NCBI GenBank assembly: GCA_028534125.1
Contig: CM052818.1
Location: forward strand, 8,496,001-8,560,000
Source: Lama glama
Taxonomy: Eukaryota
Length of the DNA stretch: 64,000 bases
Direction of reading: 5' to 3'
Numbering within the stretch: position 1 is the stretch's first letter; each line of letters starts with the position of its first letter. This document shows, in pieces, positions 38,226 through 50,240 of the stretch. The position numbers and the translations under genes were made by a program. A model generated the notes under the pieces. That model worked only from the letters and a program-made list of their open reading frames with translations, was not told the DNA's origin and made no database searches.

Positions 38226-41200
38226 TATGAAATATCTAATTAAATTATATAATTACAATAACAAGTCAACAGCATTACAAGAGGTCTTGTAAGGGGTCAA
38301 ACTCAACTTACAACTCACTTGTGAGAGAAATGTGTAGAAGTGTGTCAGCGGACAGCCTACTAACCATGTTGACATATGTGGGCCTAAAAGCAGACACTTT
38401 ACAGACAGAATAGAAAGTATGAGGCAATCCTTGTAAATTAAGTAGAGATGATCAGAAGAGCTTCTACTGTAATGGCATATGGATCCTTCACATAGTATCT
38501 ACCACTAGCCTACTTTTTGAATTTTTCCTCCATATAGCTGATGAACGCTAATGTAATTCCTCTCTTAAAAAGAATAATCCTTACAGGATATTGGGTTTAA
38601 CTATAATCATTCATTCACTCACTCTTTCAGCAAACATATACTGAGTACCTACTACACAAAAGGCACTATGTAAAGAAAAAAATAGTGGTGGATACAGAGA
38701 TAAATGATACAGAACTTTTCCCCTATTAAATTTACTTATCCAAGCAGGGCTCCTGTTAGCGTCTCAGAAAACTGACCTAGCTTTTCCAGAACGTAAAAAG
38801 AGTTAACACACCTGGATAGGTAAAGAGAAAAACTATTCTCAAAATTGATTTTTCCTCTCATAATACAGAAGTTGGTCCTGGAAGCAAGACATCCTCCTGA
38901 AAACTAAAGAGGGAGACATACCCAACTCTAATCTGTCTTCCAGGAGAGAATACAGCACTTTTTTTGTTCTATTTTGTTTAAGGTTTAATTATATAAACTT
39001 ATCCTTTCACATTAGATAGTTCACAATTTATGTTATTCTAATTTAATGCATATAAATTAGTGTATTCTCTTTTAAGTTAATGTATTTTAAATCCTTTAGT
39101 CACAACATGTGCATTCATGCTCCTTTCCATGCATTAAGAGTATGATAATTTCATACCATGCTTCTGAAGCCGGGTAACTTTACAGAATGTAAGTAAATGA
39201 TGGAGGTAGATGAATTTAATATTTACCTTTTTTTGCTTAAACTCTCTTTAAAAATAAACATTATATTAGTAAAATAGGTCAATTTCCATTAATGCTTCTA
39301 TAAAAACTATAAAAAAGGCAAAAGTCAGTAATAATAAAATCATAAAAAAGTTCATCTAGTAAACTATTTATTTTCTTACACTGAGCTCCTAGCAAGCATC
39401 ATTATTAGTGCTGCCATTATGATTAATAGCTGAGGAATTGCCCACTCCCCCTCACATTCTGGTTCGTTTTACTTTTCTTCAAATTATCTCTTTAATACCT
39501 AGATTCCCCTAAGTTTTGACTATCTCTTTAAAGATGGTGTTTTATTTTGTTTTGTTTCGTTTTTAATATCCGTGACTAAAAAATTGGGTTTCTACTACAA
39601 AGGCTAATACCTTCGTTTACATGAACAGTGAGTTTATGACATAATTCAGTCTTCTTTTTTATTTTTCCTTATCTGGCATAGGAAACAACTATTATAGAAA
39701 CAAGGAGCAGTGGAAGAGAACTGTTGTGCTAAAAAGTTCAGAGTAGGCAACTTGCAATAATACTCATTCATAATCCATTCCAGAAATAAAAGTATACAGA
39801 AAATATATATGCGGATATTGATTTTTATTAAGAAAGATATAAATTAGGGCATTATTAATTGATTCCAAAATGATATACTAGATAATTGTTTTAAATATTT
39901 CATTCTCTATAAAATCGAAAATCAATAATTTGATCTACAAAAAGATAATACATTTTTTTCAAGTAAGAGTATAAGTTAGAGACAAGGAGGTAGAAAATCT
40001 CTCAGCTGTGAAAAAGCATAACTTAACTCAATTAAAAAAAAAACCATAAAGTTTAAAAAAAAAAAGCATAAAAATGCCTGAAAATCTCTACAAATGCAGT
40101 TTTCTCTCCACATCATAACTCAGAATAAGGACTTTAAAATCATCTAATGACATAGTGATATTTAATCTCTGGTAACAGTTTAATTAAAATATTGGTTTTA
40201 TAAAGTTTTATAAACAATATGATTAATAGTTAAAAGCCATCTATATAATTTGTATTGGATTTTTGTGAACCTAATTTAATAATAAACACTTAGAGAAAGA
40301 AATGCTAATGTATTTTCCATTTCCTACTAAGGCCACTCCCTTACCTAACAGTCAGATTTCTAGCAATTCAACCATTTGAGTTAACAGGCAAATAAGCAAA
40401 ATAAGTTTCTGAGCTTAAATATATTTTTCATAAAAAGGATATAAATATACTCTTTCACTTGAGAACACATATCCTAATATTGAAAGGATAATCCAAAATA
40501 TATCTCTTCATCTCATGATCCATTTAAATCTCAATTGTTTAATTTTAAATTTAATATTCCTCTATTGACCTTTAAAATATCTTTATAAAATATGTAACAC
40601 AGAATGTAAGAAAAAGATGTCTCTTAAAATCTTATAGATTTGAATGTCTTTTGCATTCAAACCTAATCTACATCATACAGCTTTATTTATTTATTTTTTT
40701 ACTTGTAACTTTCAGTAACAGCTTACAACCTATTCCTCAGAAATTTAGAACTGGTGTGCCTCTATCCTAAGATTAACTAATTAATAAGAACATCTTTCTA
40801 CACAAACATAAAATTAGTGTTTATATACTTTTACCATTCAACCTAAAATTAACTGGCTAATTCTTTAATATATCAAGTTAACAAAGAAACTTCAGATGTA
40901 TAACAGAGCCATTAGTACTGAAAACCATAAAACCATCTCACTGGGGAGAAGCTCTTGACATGAGAATGAAAGCTAGAATTTGAGGCAGTAACCAATTTCA
41001 AGAATTCTAAGTTTGTCTATTTGTTTTTAAAACCTCAATGGCTACTCCAAGTATAGTGTTCAAATCTATCACTACGGAAAAGCTAGAATTGCTAATGTGA
41101 AACTTTAACACAATGACACCAGCTTGATATCCAGCCATCAGAACATCTGAGTTTGGACCTGATCTCTCTCCCAAGCTTCCCAGATCTTCAGGTCTAAAAA

Positions 41201-42070
41201 TGGCCCAGCTACTGATAGATAAAGTGCCCAAATGCTTTTCCCACTATTTTAAAACAGTCAGGCACAGAAAGGAAGAATATGCTGCAAAGCATGTTACAAA
41301 CCTGCTACAAATATATTTTAGAAATTTAATGATGATCATGACAATGATATTGATGACAATCATAAAAGCTAATATTCACTGAAATTATTTAATCTGCACA
41401 ACAACCCTATAAATTTATTACTGAAAAGTTAACAATATTATCACCATCACAGAGCTTAATAAATGGAAGAGCTAGAACTTAAAATCAGGTCTATCAGACT
41501 CCAGAACACACACTCTTTCTCACTGTATTTTCACTGCCTGACTTCCCTAATCTCCATTCAATAAACATTTATTAAACATCTACTATATGCCTGCAAGTCA
41601 CATGGGACTCCACAATATGTAAATTAATTGAAGATGATTATTAAAGTACCACTCTAGAGTCCCTCAACCCAACAGTTAAACCATATACTACATTTTTAGA
41701 GATTTCTGAGGTCATTCATAATCGCCTTCAACAAATGTTTAAATGAGCATTTTGTTATAAGAGAAGCACCATGTCAGATGCTGAACAGATAAAAAGACGA
41801 AACACTACCTTTCCCTCAAGCCCCAAACAGAACACATTAGAGTATATACGTAGTTCAATACTGAAGAGAATTTTTGTTTCTGCACTTTTAACAAAAATAT
41901 TTACTAATAATTCTGCTATTGGCTATCATTTCCTTTAAAAGATACTAAGCGCTACAAATTAACATTTAATATTTATAATTTATACTTCTACTACTACCAA
42001 AAAGCTAATGTGCCTTAGTAAGGTATACAATCAAAAATATGAAAGGTGATGGAATTTATAATTAGCTTAC

Positions 42071-42124
42071 ATTTTCTATGACAAATGTCCACTCTTTATC
42101 TTCAAATTCCTCTGCATGAGGATC
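42071..42124 (-). CDS. EHBP1: EHBP1 coding exon (54 bp, phase 0/0): DPHAEEFEDKEWTFVIEN
   Basis: ttttgcttttgttacag|GATCCT...GAAAAT|gtaagc; peptide recognised as EHBP1 NT-C2 domain; in frame with the upstream exons. Confidence 0.96.
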
Positions 42125-42856
42125 CTGTAACAAAAGCAAAATATGAAGTTGAAATACAATTCTTAATGCAATCAATCCAATTAAGAATATACAACAGCCT
42201 TTCTTTTAGCTTTTATCAACTCTTAAAAATGGGAGAGGCAGAATGGCCTACTCTTAAGAAATTTCCATAATTTATCTAAATTTAAATCAGTATTTTATAT
42301 TAAGAAATTCTCTATTTCACTTATGTTGATGCATATTATTATCTTCCACCATTGCATTTATGACAAGACAAAAACACAGACATTGATAACCTAATGAGTG
42401 AACTACTAAGAAGCACTTTATTAAGATATTAAATGTTCATATGAAGCCCTGCCTTCATTTTTATACCTGCAAGTATTTTAAACTCAAAGTACCACTTGAG
42501 GCAAGGTTTTCTTGGTGCAGAAGTTATACAAACATCTGGAATTTCAAAGCACTGCAAAGGACTTCATAATCTACACAAAGTGGCAAATTGGATGTTAATA
42601 CCCTCATCTGCCCTCCACCACCAGAAACCTGACTAAGGGTAATGGATCCTACAACCAAATACAACTTCTTCCAAAGTGAAGAACACTTTCGCAAGTATTT
42701 ATTTGACAAATATTCACTGGCTACTTATATAAGGAATTACAGAGGTGCTATATGGATTCAAATATAGTTGTTGCCTTCAAAGATGAAGACAACTAATCTC
42801 AGTAGTTATATGATGAATGAAATACGTAGTTTTACTAGCGATTACAAGACAGCACT

Positions 42857-42999
42857 GGGGGAGGGTATAGATCAGTGGTAGAGTGCATGCTTAGCATGCA
42901 TGAGGTCCAGGGTTCAATCCACAGTACCTCCATTGAAACAAACCAACCAACCAACCTAATTACCTCCCCCTGCCAAAAACAAAAACTTTTTTTTTAAAG
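42857..42999 (+). mobile_element. Camelid tRNA-Ala-derived SINE
   Basis: gggggagggtatagatcagtggtagagtgcatgcttagcatgcatgaggtccagggttcaatcc, then shared tail aacctaattacctcccc; 10-bp TSD aagacagcac (42846-42855 / 43000-43009). Confidence 0.92.
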
Positions 43000-43702
43000 A
43001 AGACAGCACCATTTCTTACAGGAAAAGCTTTATGAGCAAGGAAGCATTTGGGCTAGGTGGGATTATATAGGATTTCCACAGATATTAGAATAAGTAAAGG
43101 CAAAAGGCAACACATTATAAGACATAAAAAAGAGAGTAGTGGGGTCACATCACAGTGCATCTAACTTATTAAAGTTCAACTCCATGTTTTAGAGGTGAGG
43201 GAGGGACAGAGGTTCTGAGGGTGAGAGTGAGCACACACAGGTGCTACTTCCCTACTGGGTCTCAGGTCCCACACACTTCTCCTGGGGCAGCATCTTATTC
43301 ACAACTGATTCCACTTTAGTCTGTTATTAATTTTCAGTTTCTACTGCCACGGCTGAGTTTGGGTCCTTGTCACTTTGTGTCCAGGTTATTTCAAGATAAA
43401 AGTGATTGCTGCATTCTCTCAGTCTCTCTGCCCTCCAGTCAATCTTGTACACAGATTAATTCTTCCAAACCCCAGTTCTGACCATGTTAATACCAACTTC
43501 AGATTCCTTTAACCTATGGGATAAATTCTGAACTCTTTAGTTCTTTATTTGTTGGCTTATTTTTCATGAGGGATTTAGGGCATGAACAGTGCTCCTTTAG
43601 TGTGACATAATGCTGAGGAAGGAGACATCTTACCACCCTTCCTGCCTACCGACACTGCATCATGCTGTTGAAGAATGCAGCATAGTTTTAGCACAGCTGG
43701 CA

Positions 43703-43712
43703 AATAATAATA

Positions 43713-43763
<51 letters not shown>
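43703..43763. repeat. (AAT)n microsatellite, about 20 units with one interruption
   Basis: Direct inspection; source of the poly-Y and poly-N ORF artefacts. Confidence 0.97.
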
Positions 43764-43767
<4 letters not shown>

Positions 43768-43945
43768 TTTGCAAAGCACACACTATGCCCCAGTTATTGT
43801 GCTAAGGGTTTTCATCATCACAGCAACTTATGAAATATGTACTATTTTTATTCCCATTTAACAGAACAGAAAACTGAGACCTAAAAGGTGTAACTTTCCA
43901 CAAATAAGTGTTTAATTTATATTGCAGTTCCAGGTCTGTCTGGCT
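43764..43945 (-). mobile_element. MIR SINE
   Basis: gcacacactatgccccagttattgtgctaagg...cccatttaacagaacagaaaactgagacc. Confidence 0.7.
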
Positions 43946-44274
43946 TTTAAACGTGCTATTGGTTCAGTTTTACCATTGTGTGCCTATGCCCTAGAAAAGT
44001 ACCTGACACACAGTAGGTTCTCAAGAATATTTGACAAATGAATTAATGAGTATATCTTATAAATTTACAAATATTGAACAGTGCCTTACATATGACATAC
44101 ATTAATTCTCAAAGTTGATGAGACTTTTTTTAGAAACATAGATGACGCATTATCCCTAAAAGAATAATTTAAATGAGACCAAGAGACACATCTGATAAGG
44201 CAAAATCACTAAAAAGATGTAAAAGAACAACAATAACGTTCATTTTCAAGTCACTTTAAAATGGTATATCTATC

Positions 44275-44435
44275 ATCGACTGTACCAAATATGCCACATT
44301 GATGAGGGATGTTGAGGGGAGGGGAGTATACATCTGTGGGTGGGGAGGACTATGTGCGAACTCTGTATTTTTGCTCAATTCTGTTGTGAACCCGACACTG
44401 CTCTAAAAGAATAAAGTCTATTTTTTTAAAAAAAG
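44275..44435 (+). mobile_element. L1MB/MC-type 3' end fragment
   Basis: gaactctgtatttttgctcaattctgttgtgaacccgacactgctctaaaagaataaagtctattt. Confidence 0.75.
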
Positions 44436-45591
44436 AAGTAAAAAAAAGGTATTTCTATACAACTAACTAATCATATTATTAACTAAACCAGAACATTTGT
44501 GATGAAAATTGCTTCTAGCTTGAATCAATTAAGCCTTCTTTATATCCTACTCTCTATCCTCTAGTGTCTCTTTCCTTAGCACTGCACTAAAGAGAAAAAC
44601 TAAAAATGGCTTAAAGAGCCATTTGCCTTCTCAAAACCCAAAAAGGCTTTTTTTTCCCCCATTTACTAGAAATAGCTATTTTCAATCTAATTCAAATTTC
44701 AAAATCAAGCATGAAGGCTGAAGAAATTAATTTCAGGTTATATTATAGAAAAATGAAACATACTGATAACTTTTTAAAAAAGCACTTTGTCTATGAGCAC
44801 ACCTTTGTGAATACTAAGGACAAAAAGGGTTCAGAACAGTCCTTTCCTATCTGCAAATTTTAAGGTTGTGTATCGTGAAACTTTAGTATAAGTAAAAGCA
44901 AGGGAGAAATATGAAAAAGTTTTCCACTTGAGTATTTTAAATGCTGTTTAAAAACAAGATCCAAAAATTGCCATGAAAGAATGAAAAATTGTTCTAACTT
45001 TTCTGGTTTTTTATTAGAATTCTGGGAAGATGGGGAGTCAAAGATGTTGGCTGAAAGTATTCTTTAAACACTTTAAATGGTCACAAGGTCGCTTCCATAG
45101 CACAACTGAAGAAAAATATGTAATTTGGAGAACTAGGGAGGAAGGGGCATTTGGGTTTTTTCCCTACAGACTAGCACTTAAAGACATAAAAGTTCAGTGA
45201 TAAAGATATGCTGAACATTCTCATCAGTACTTGAAAACTACACTTACCTTCTAATCCTCCAAATTACACATTTCAACAGCCACTTTCAACTCAGAATCAC
45301 TCAGTGCGTATCCTTTCCCCAAACACATGGCTGTCAGCCATTTATCAGCTCTATTCTAACCCCTTATTCTCTATCACCATTTTTTTAAGTCGTGTAACTA
45401 TGTCCATTCATTTGCTTTACCAATATAAACAGACTAAATCAAAACACACAAGAGATTACTTAAAAGTCTACCTCAAGCATGTCAGAGATTTTGCTGTTGT
45501 AATCTATATTCTTGTGGGTTTTATTACGGAATAGGCAGTACAATGTAAAAAACAAACAAACACAAACCCCCCCAAAAAACCCGGGGTTAGT

Positions 45592-45753
45592 GGGGAGGGC
45601 GTAGCTCAGTGGTAGAGTGCATGCTTAGCATGCACAAGGTCCTGGATTCAATCCTCAGTACCTCCACTAAAAAAAAAAAAAAAATTAATTTAAACATATA
45701 CAAATAAACCTAATTACCTGTCCTCCAAAGAAAACCAAAACACAACAACAACA
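45592..45753 (+). mobile_element. Camelid tRNA-Ala-derived SINE inserted into a MIR
   Basis: ggggagggcgtagctcagtggtagagtgcatgcttagcatgcacaaggtcctggattcaatcc; degenerate TSD aaaaaacccggggtta / aaaaaactcagggcta; MIR continues at 45770-45900. Confidence 0.9.
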
Positions 45754-47199
45754 AAAAAACTCAGGGCTAAATCATAGAGTGATTGGGCAAGTTACCTTCT
45801 TTAATCTCAGTTTCATTATCAGTATAATGGGAATAATTATAGACCCTGAGGGTTGCTGTGAGAATTAAATGAAATAGTACTCTAAAGGTCTTATTGGCAA
45901 TAGGCTGGTTCTGATCTTTCCTGGAAATAAAAAAAAAAAAAAGAGCAGCTACAATCTCATCCTTTACTTCTCCCCGAGCAAACATATCAAATATAGTGTA
46001 TATATAATAAGCTTAATCGAGTAGTGTTAAAATGTCAATAACCATAATATCAAAACTATAAGATATTCATGAAGTGTTACAAATATTTCATAAAACAGAG
46101 TATTTATGAAACACAGAGCATATGAAAGTAGTGTCCCATTCATGGGTTAGTACATTAACATTCATCATACTGTTTTGTTCTATTGATCTCTGTAGTAGTT
46201 CCAGAACAAGTGAATTAATATGTTGGATTACAAAATCAAAGGCACTTTTTTACACAGTGATTTCGCACTCTAAGCCATATAACTCTGCCCAACCTAGATT
46301 TCATAGTGTAAAATATTTAGTGGATTTTCACAATTTAGTGGATTTTCCAACTTTGTTACTAAATTATGCTTAACTAGATGCCCTTCTTCATTCTGTCCTT
46401 CTGCAAAAGTAACTTCAACACAATTAGAATGATTCAAAGAAGAAATAAAGCATTTGTTTTCTAATTTCACCATTTTTAAGAAGGCTGAAACTGTGACATA
46501 CTTGTGCCCACTATCTTTTTTTTTTTTTTGAGCAGGTAAGGAATAGGTTAGGAAGGTAAATATTCTAGTGCTTGTCACATGTGAGGACTATTTTATAATG
46601 TTTCAAGAAATAACGAAGACTTCAAGAAAAAAAACACACATAAAAGAGTCAGGTATATGCACAGCTATGTTTTTGGATCTGCTCTTGGAATTTATTACCA
46701 GAATTTTGCTTTTAAGCTATAGTATTTATAAAATTTTAACTTCAATAAAACATTTATCAAATATCCATTTTAAACTTATCTTCTTATGTTAACATCAATA
46801 AAATATTTATCATATACTAATTTTAAAACATCTTGTTATTAATCAAACAAGTGTAACTAGATGAGGCTCAGAACTAAGACTTTCACAAACCTCAGCTTTC
46901 CACAGAAAATGCACTTTAACGTTTCCTATGGACAGGAGGTAGGAAGTCATAAAAGAAGAATTCCAATTGACCTTAATTGGAATAAGTTCAAAAAGATTCC
47001 CAAATTATTCAGACTTTATAGACCATGAAACACCCTAATACACTTGAACTGTTGTTATAAATTGCTGTTATCTCTAAAAATAATACACAGTAAGGTACCA
47101 GGTTGGACCCAAATATACAGAACAATGAATACTGAAATATTCTGTCATTTAGAATCCTGATTATAAGATAAATTCTGTATCTTATAAACCAGAACTTAC

Positions 47200-47295
47200 C
47201 TTGAAAAGTGTCACAGTGATTTCAATGTTCTCAGGAACAGGCCACACTACAACACCACGGTATGGATTTTTTATTCCAGGCTGCCAGCTATGAGC
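47200..47295 (-). CDS. EHBP1: EHBP1 coding exon (96 bp, phase 0/0): AHSWQPGIKNPYRGVVVWPVPENIEITVTLFK
   Basis: tttttattctggtag|GCTCAT...TTCAAG|gtaagt; peptide recognised as EHBP1 NT-C2 domain. Confidence 0.97.
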
Positions 47296-47954
47296 CTACC
47301 AGAATAAAAATAATGGCTTCAATCTAAAGTACAGGAAATGCAATGTTAATAATTTACGAAAGTATATTGACCCTGTTTAACTATACATTAGATCTGTCTT
47401 CCTAAAACAAAAATGATTAGTTAAATAAAAATTTTCAAGCATTAAACTTGGGCCATGACAGTTATATCACATGATAGCTAGATTACAATCTGTAAATAAA
47501 CATTCACACACACACGAAGATGCAAAAATGAGGTGTCTAATATTTTCAAAGGCTATTTCTTCTTGAATAAAAATCACATTAGGAGAAATATTTTTTAAAT
47601 TATTTTTGGGATCTAGGAACTTAGAGGAAAGTTAATTCTTTAAAAAGGAAAAATAATTGTGTGGTCTGCATTTAAGTTCATTTCCCATAAACTGTAATGT
47701 TTATTTAGGGCAAGTAAATAAGAAAGCAGTTTTTTAGGTTAATAGTTCTAGTACTTGCAAATTTAAAGATTTTTTCTTTGTGAATTTTGATTATCAAGGT
47801 TCCCTAAGGACGCCCCCACTACTCTAGCTCTTCCTTTGAGGTGGCATTTCCAGCCTAAGCTGATGGAAAATGGTATGCGAAGACAGCTCAACTAAGTCTT
47901 CAACCCTGTGAGCTGCAGAACTGTCCATGAACACGCCATGAAGGTAAAAATAAA

Positions 47955-48110
47955 AGCTAATATTTAAGGAGTACTTTCTATATGTCAATCCATGTTTGGA
48001 ATTTACTTATGTTTAACTCATTTAATCTGTATTGTTCCAATATTAGCATATGTGCTGCCAAAGCGATTAAACTCATTTAATCTACGGAAGATCCCTATGA
48101 GGTAGCTACC
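47955..48110 (-). mobile_element. MIR SINE, left part (interrupted by U6 retrocopy and L2; resumes at 49815-49895)
   Basis: gctaatatttaaggagtactttctatatgtca...aactcatttaatct...ccctatgaggtag, resuming after the L2 as ttaacagatgaggaaactgaag...ggatttgaactcagg. Confidence 0.75.
48026..48066 (-). pseudogene. U6 snRNA 3'-truncated (tailless) retropseudogene, U6 nt ~5-45
   Basis: Minus strand tcgctttggcagcacatatgctaatattggaacaatacaga versus U6 TCGCTTCGGCAGCACATATACTAAAATTGGAACGATACAGA = 37/41; 14-bp TSD aactcatttaatct at 48015-48028 and 48070-48083. Confidence 0.92.
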
Positions 48111-49800
48111 ATTCATTCATTCATTCACCTACTTACTCAATTGATACTATCTGCCAAGCACTGTCTAGGAACTGGAGTAGTAAAAGCAACCTGCCTTAGT
48201 ACAGTTTACAGAATAGTAGGAAGAGATAAACAAAATAGTTAAGTAAAACAGATAGTACATTAGGTGGAGACAAAGGCTATAGAGAAAAATGAAAGTGAGG
48301 AAGAAGGATGGGAGGGGCAAGAGAAAGTAATGATTTTCAACAGGGTAGTCAGAGAACGTGTCATTGAGAGAGTGACAAGAGAAGACCTTAAGGGGGTGAA
48401 AGAAACAGATACGTAAATACATAAGAAGAGCTTTCCAGGAAGATGGAACAACTGGAAAGGTGCTGAGGCAGTTAGATAACGAGGCCAACGTGGCTGGAGC
48501 AGAGAGATCAAAGAGAAGAGCAGCAGAACAGGTCAGAGAAATCATGGAGGGCCCAGACATATAAGGCTCTGGCAGGCCATTCCAAAGATTCTAGCTAATA
48601 ATTTGAGTGAGATGGGAAGCTGTTGGAAGACTGTAAGCAGAGGAATGATGATCAAAGTTATCTTTTAACAGACTCACTCTAGCTAACGTACTTAGAATAG
48701 GCTCCAGATGTAAGCAAGGAAACAGGGAGACCAAGTAAAAAGCTACTACAGTAATCCTGGGGAGAGATAACGGTGACCTGGCTTGGGGTGGTAGAAAAGT
48801 GCTACAAAGTGGTCAGGTTCCATACAGTTTTTCATGTTTTCAAGATAGAATCAGTAAGATTTGCTGTCCAATTGTATGAAAGAAAGAAAGGCTGATTCTA
48901 AAGCTTTTGCCCTTCAGCAACTTCAAAAAAGGAATTGCTACTAACAGATATGAGGCAAAACTGCAGAAGGAACAGGTTTGGGAAGTAAGATTGGGAATTC
49001 AGTTTTATACACATTAAATCTAAGGTGCCTATTAGATATTCAAGTGTAGATGTTTAAATAGGCAGCTGGACATATGTGCCTGGAGTTATAAAGGGAGTCA
49101 TCAGCATGTAAGCGATACTTAAAGCTGAAGAGTGGATGGGACCCCAAGGGAGTGAATACAGATACAGAAAATAAAGACCCAAGAACTGAACATTGGAGCA
49201 CATTAACAGGTCCAGGAAATGAGAAGGAATCAAGAAAGAAGGGTAAGTTAAATAGAAGGAAAACCAGAGGCATGTGGTATTCTGAAAGTCTACTGAAAAA
49301 AATGTTTCAAGGAGAAAGGAACAATCATCTGTGTCAAATCTTGGTGACAGAACAAATAGGATGAGGCCTGAAAAATGACCCCTAGATTTAACAAAGCAGA
49401 AGCCATTACTGACTCCTTAAGAGCAGTTTCAGTGGAGTCATGAAAGTAAATGCCTGAGTAAATTAAAATGGGTTCAGGTAAGAATAGGAACAAAGAAACT
49501 GAAGACAGCAAATACATCCAACTCCTCTGAGGTGCTATGCTGGAAGAGAAAGAGAAAAATAGGTTGGCACTAGAGAGAGAAATAGTGTCAGAAGAGAATT
49601 TTTTTAATAAGAGAAAAATATTTTTATGCTGATGGGAAATGTCCAGTTAAGAGGGAAAATTCAATGATGCAGGAAAGAAAGAATTACTAGAGTAATGTCC
49701 TTAATAGTACACAAGGAGACAGACTGGCGTTTGCTGGGAGCACAGACGATTCTTCCATAGTAATGGGAAAGAAGTTAAAGTATATAAGCACAGATCCACG
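48111..49800 (-). mobile_element. LINE-2 (L2a-like) fragment, about 1.7 kb, with tail
   Basis: (ATTC)n tail at 48111-48126 followed by typical L2 antisense text (gtgagatgggaagctgttggaag, gtgcctattagatattcaagtg, gagcagtttcagtggagt). Confidence 0.88.
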
Positions 49801-49977
49801 TCAGGGAGGAGATTTAACAGATGAGGAAACTGAAGTACAGACTTGTCCAAGATCACACAGCAAGTAAGTGGCAGAAGTTGGATTTGAACTCAGGAAATGT
49901 TACTGAAAAGGGATCAAGATCATGGAAAACTACATCCATGCAAATCTTATCACATCTTGTTAGTTAAAATACCAGCA

Positions 49978-50019
49978 GACTATTGTAAGTCAATTATACT
50001 TCAATAAAAAAATAAAAAA
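49978..50019 (+). mobile_element. Extremely 5'-truncated L1 3' tip (about 42 bp)
   Basis: tattgtaagtcaattatacttcaataaaaaaataaaaaa; TSD taaaataccagca / taaagtaccagca (49965-49977 / 50020-50032) at a TT/AAAA site. Confidence 0.75.
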
Positions 50020-50205
50020 TAAAGTACCAGCAAAAGGTAGAGGTTTAGCAGTGTCCTCCCACTCCAACTAAATTATCAATAACTCTCCCTCTAGTCTCTC
50101 CAATGCCCCCAAATCACAAAACTTATGGTAAGCAAAGAAGTAGACACTTACCACAGGACACTGAGCACATCATAGCCAAAGGTAAAGAACTGAGTTTTGT
50201 TGATT

Positions 50206-50240
50206 AAAACAAAACAAAACAAAACAAAACAAAACAAAAA
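50206..50240. repeat. (AAAAC)n microsatellite
   Basis: Direct inspection. Confidence 0.9.

Noticed and set aside
1..42070. Next EHBP1 exon (ESPSGRRKALATSSINMKQY...)
   Set aside because: Not found by eye on the minus strand; it presumably lies beyond the window start.
43575..43861. Poly-Tyr and poly-Asn ORFs
   Set aside because: Translations of the (AAT)n microsatellite.
45243..45350. Perfect minus-strand donor AAG|gtaagt suggesting an extra exon
   Set aside because: No convincing acceptor or pyrimidine tract upstream.
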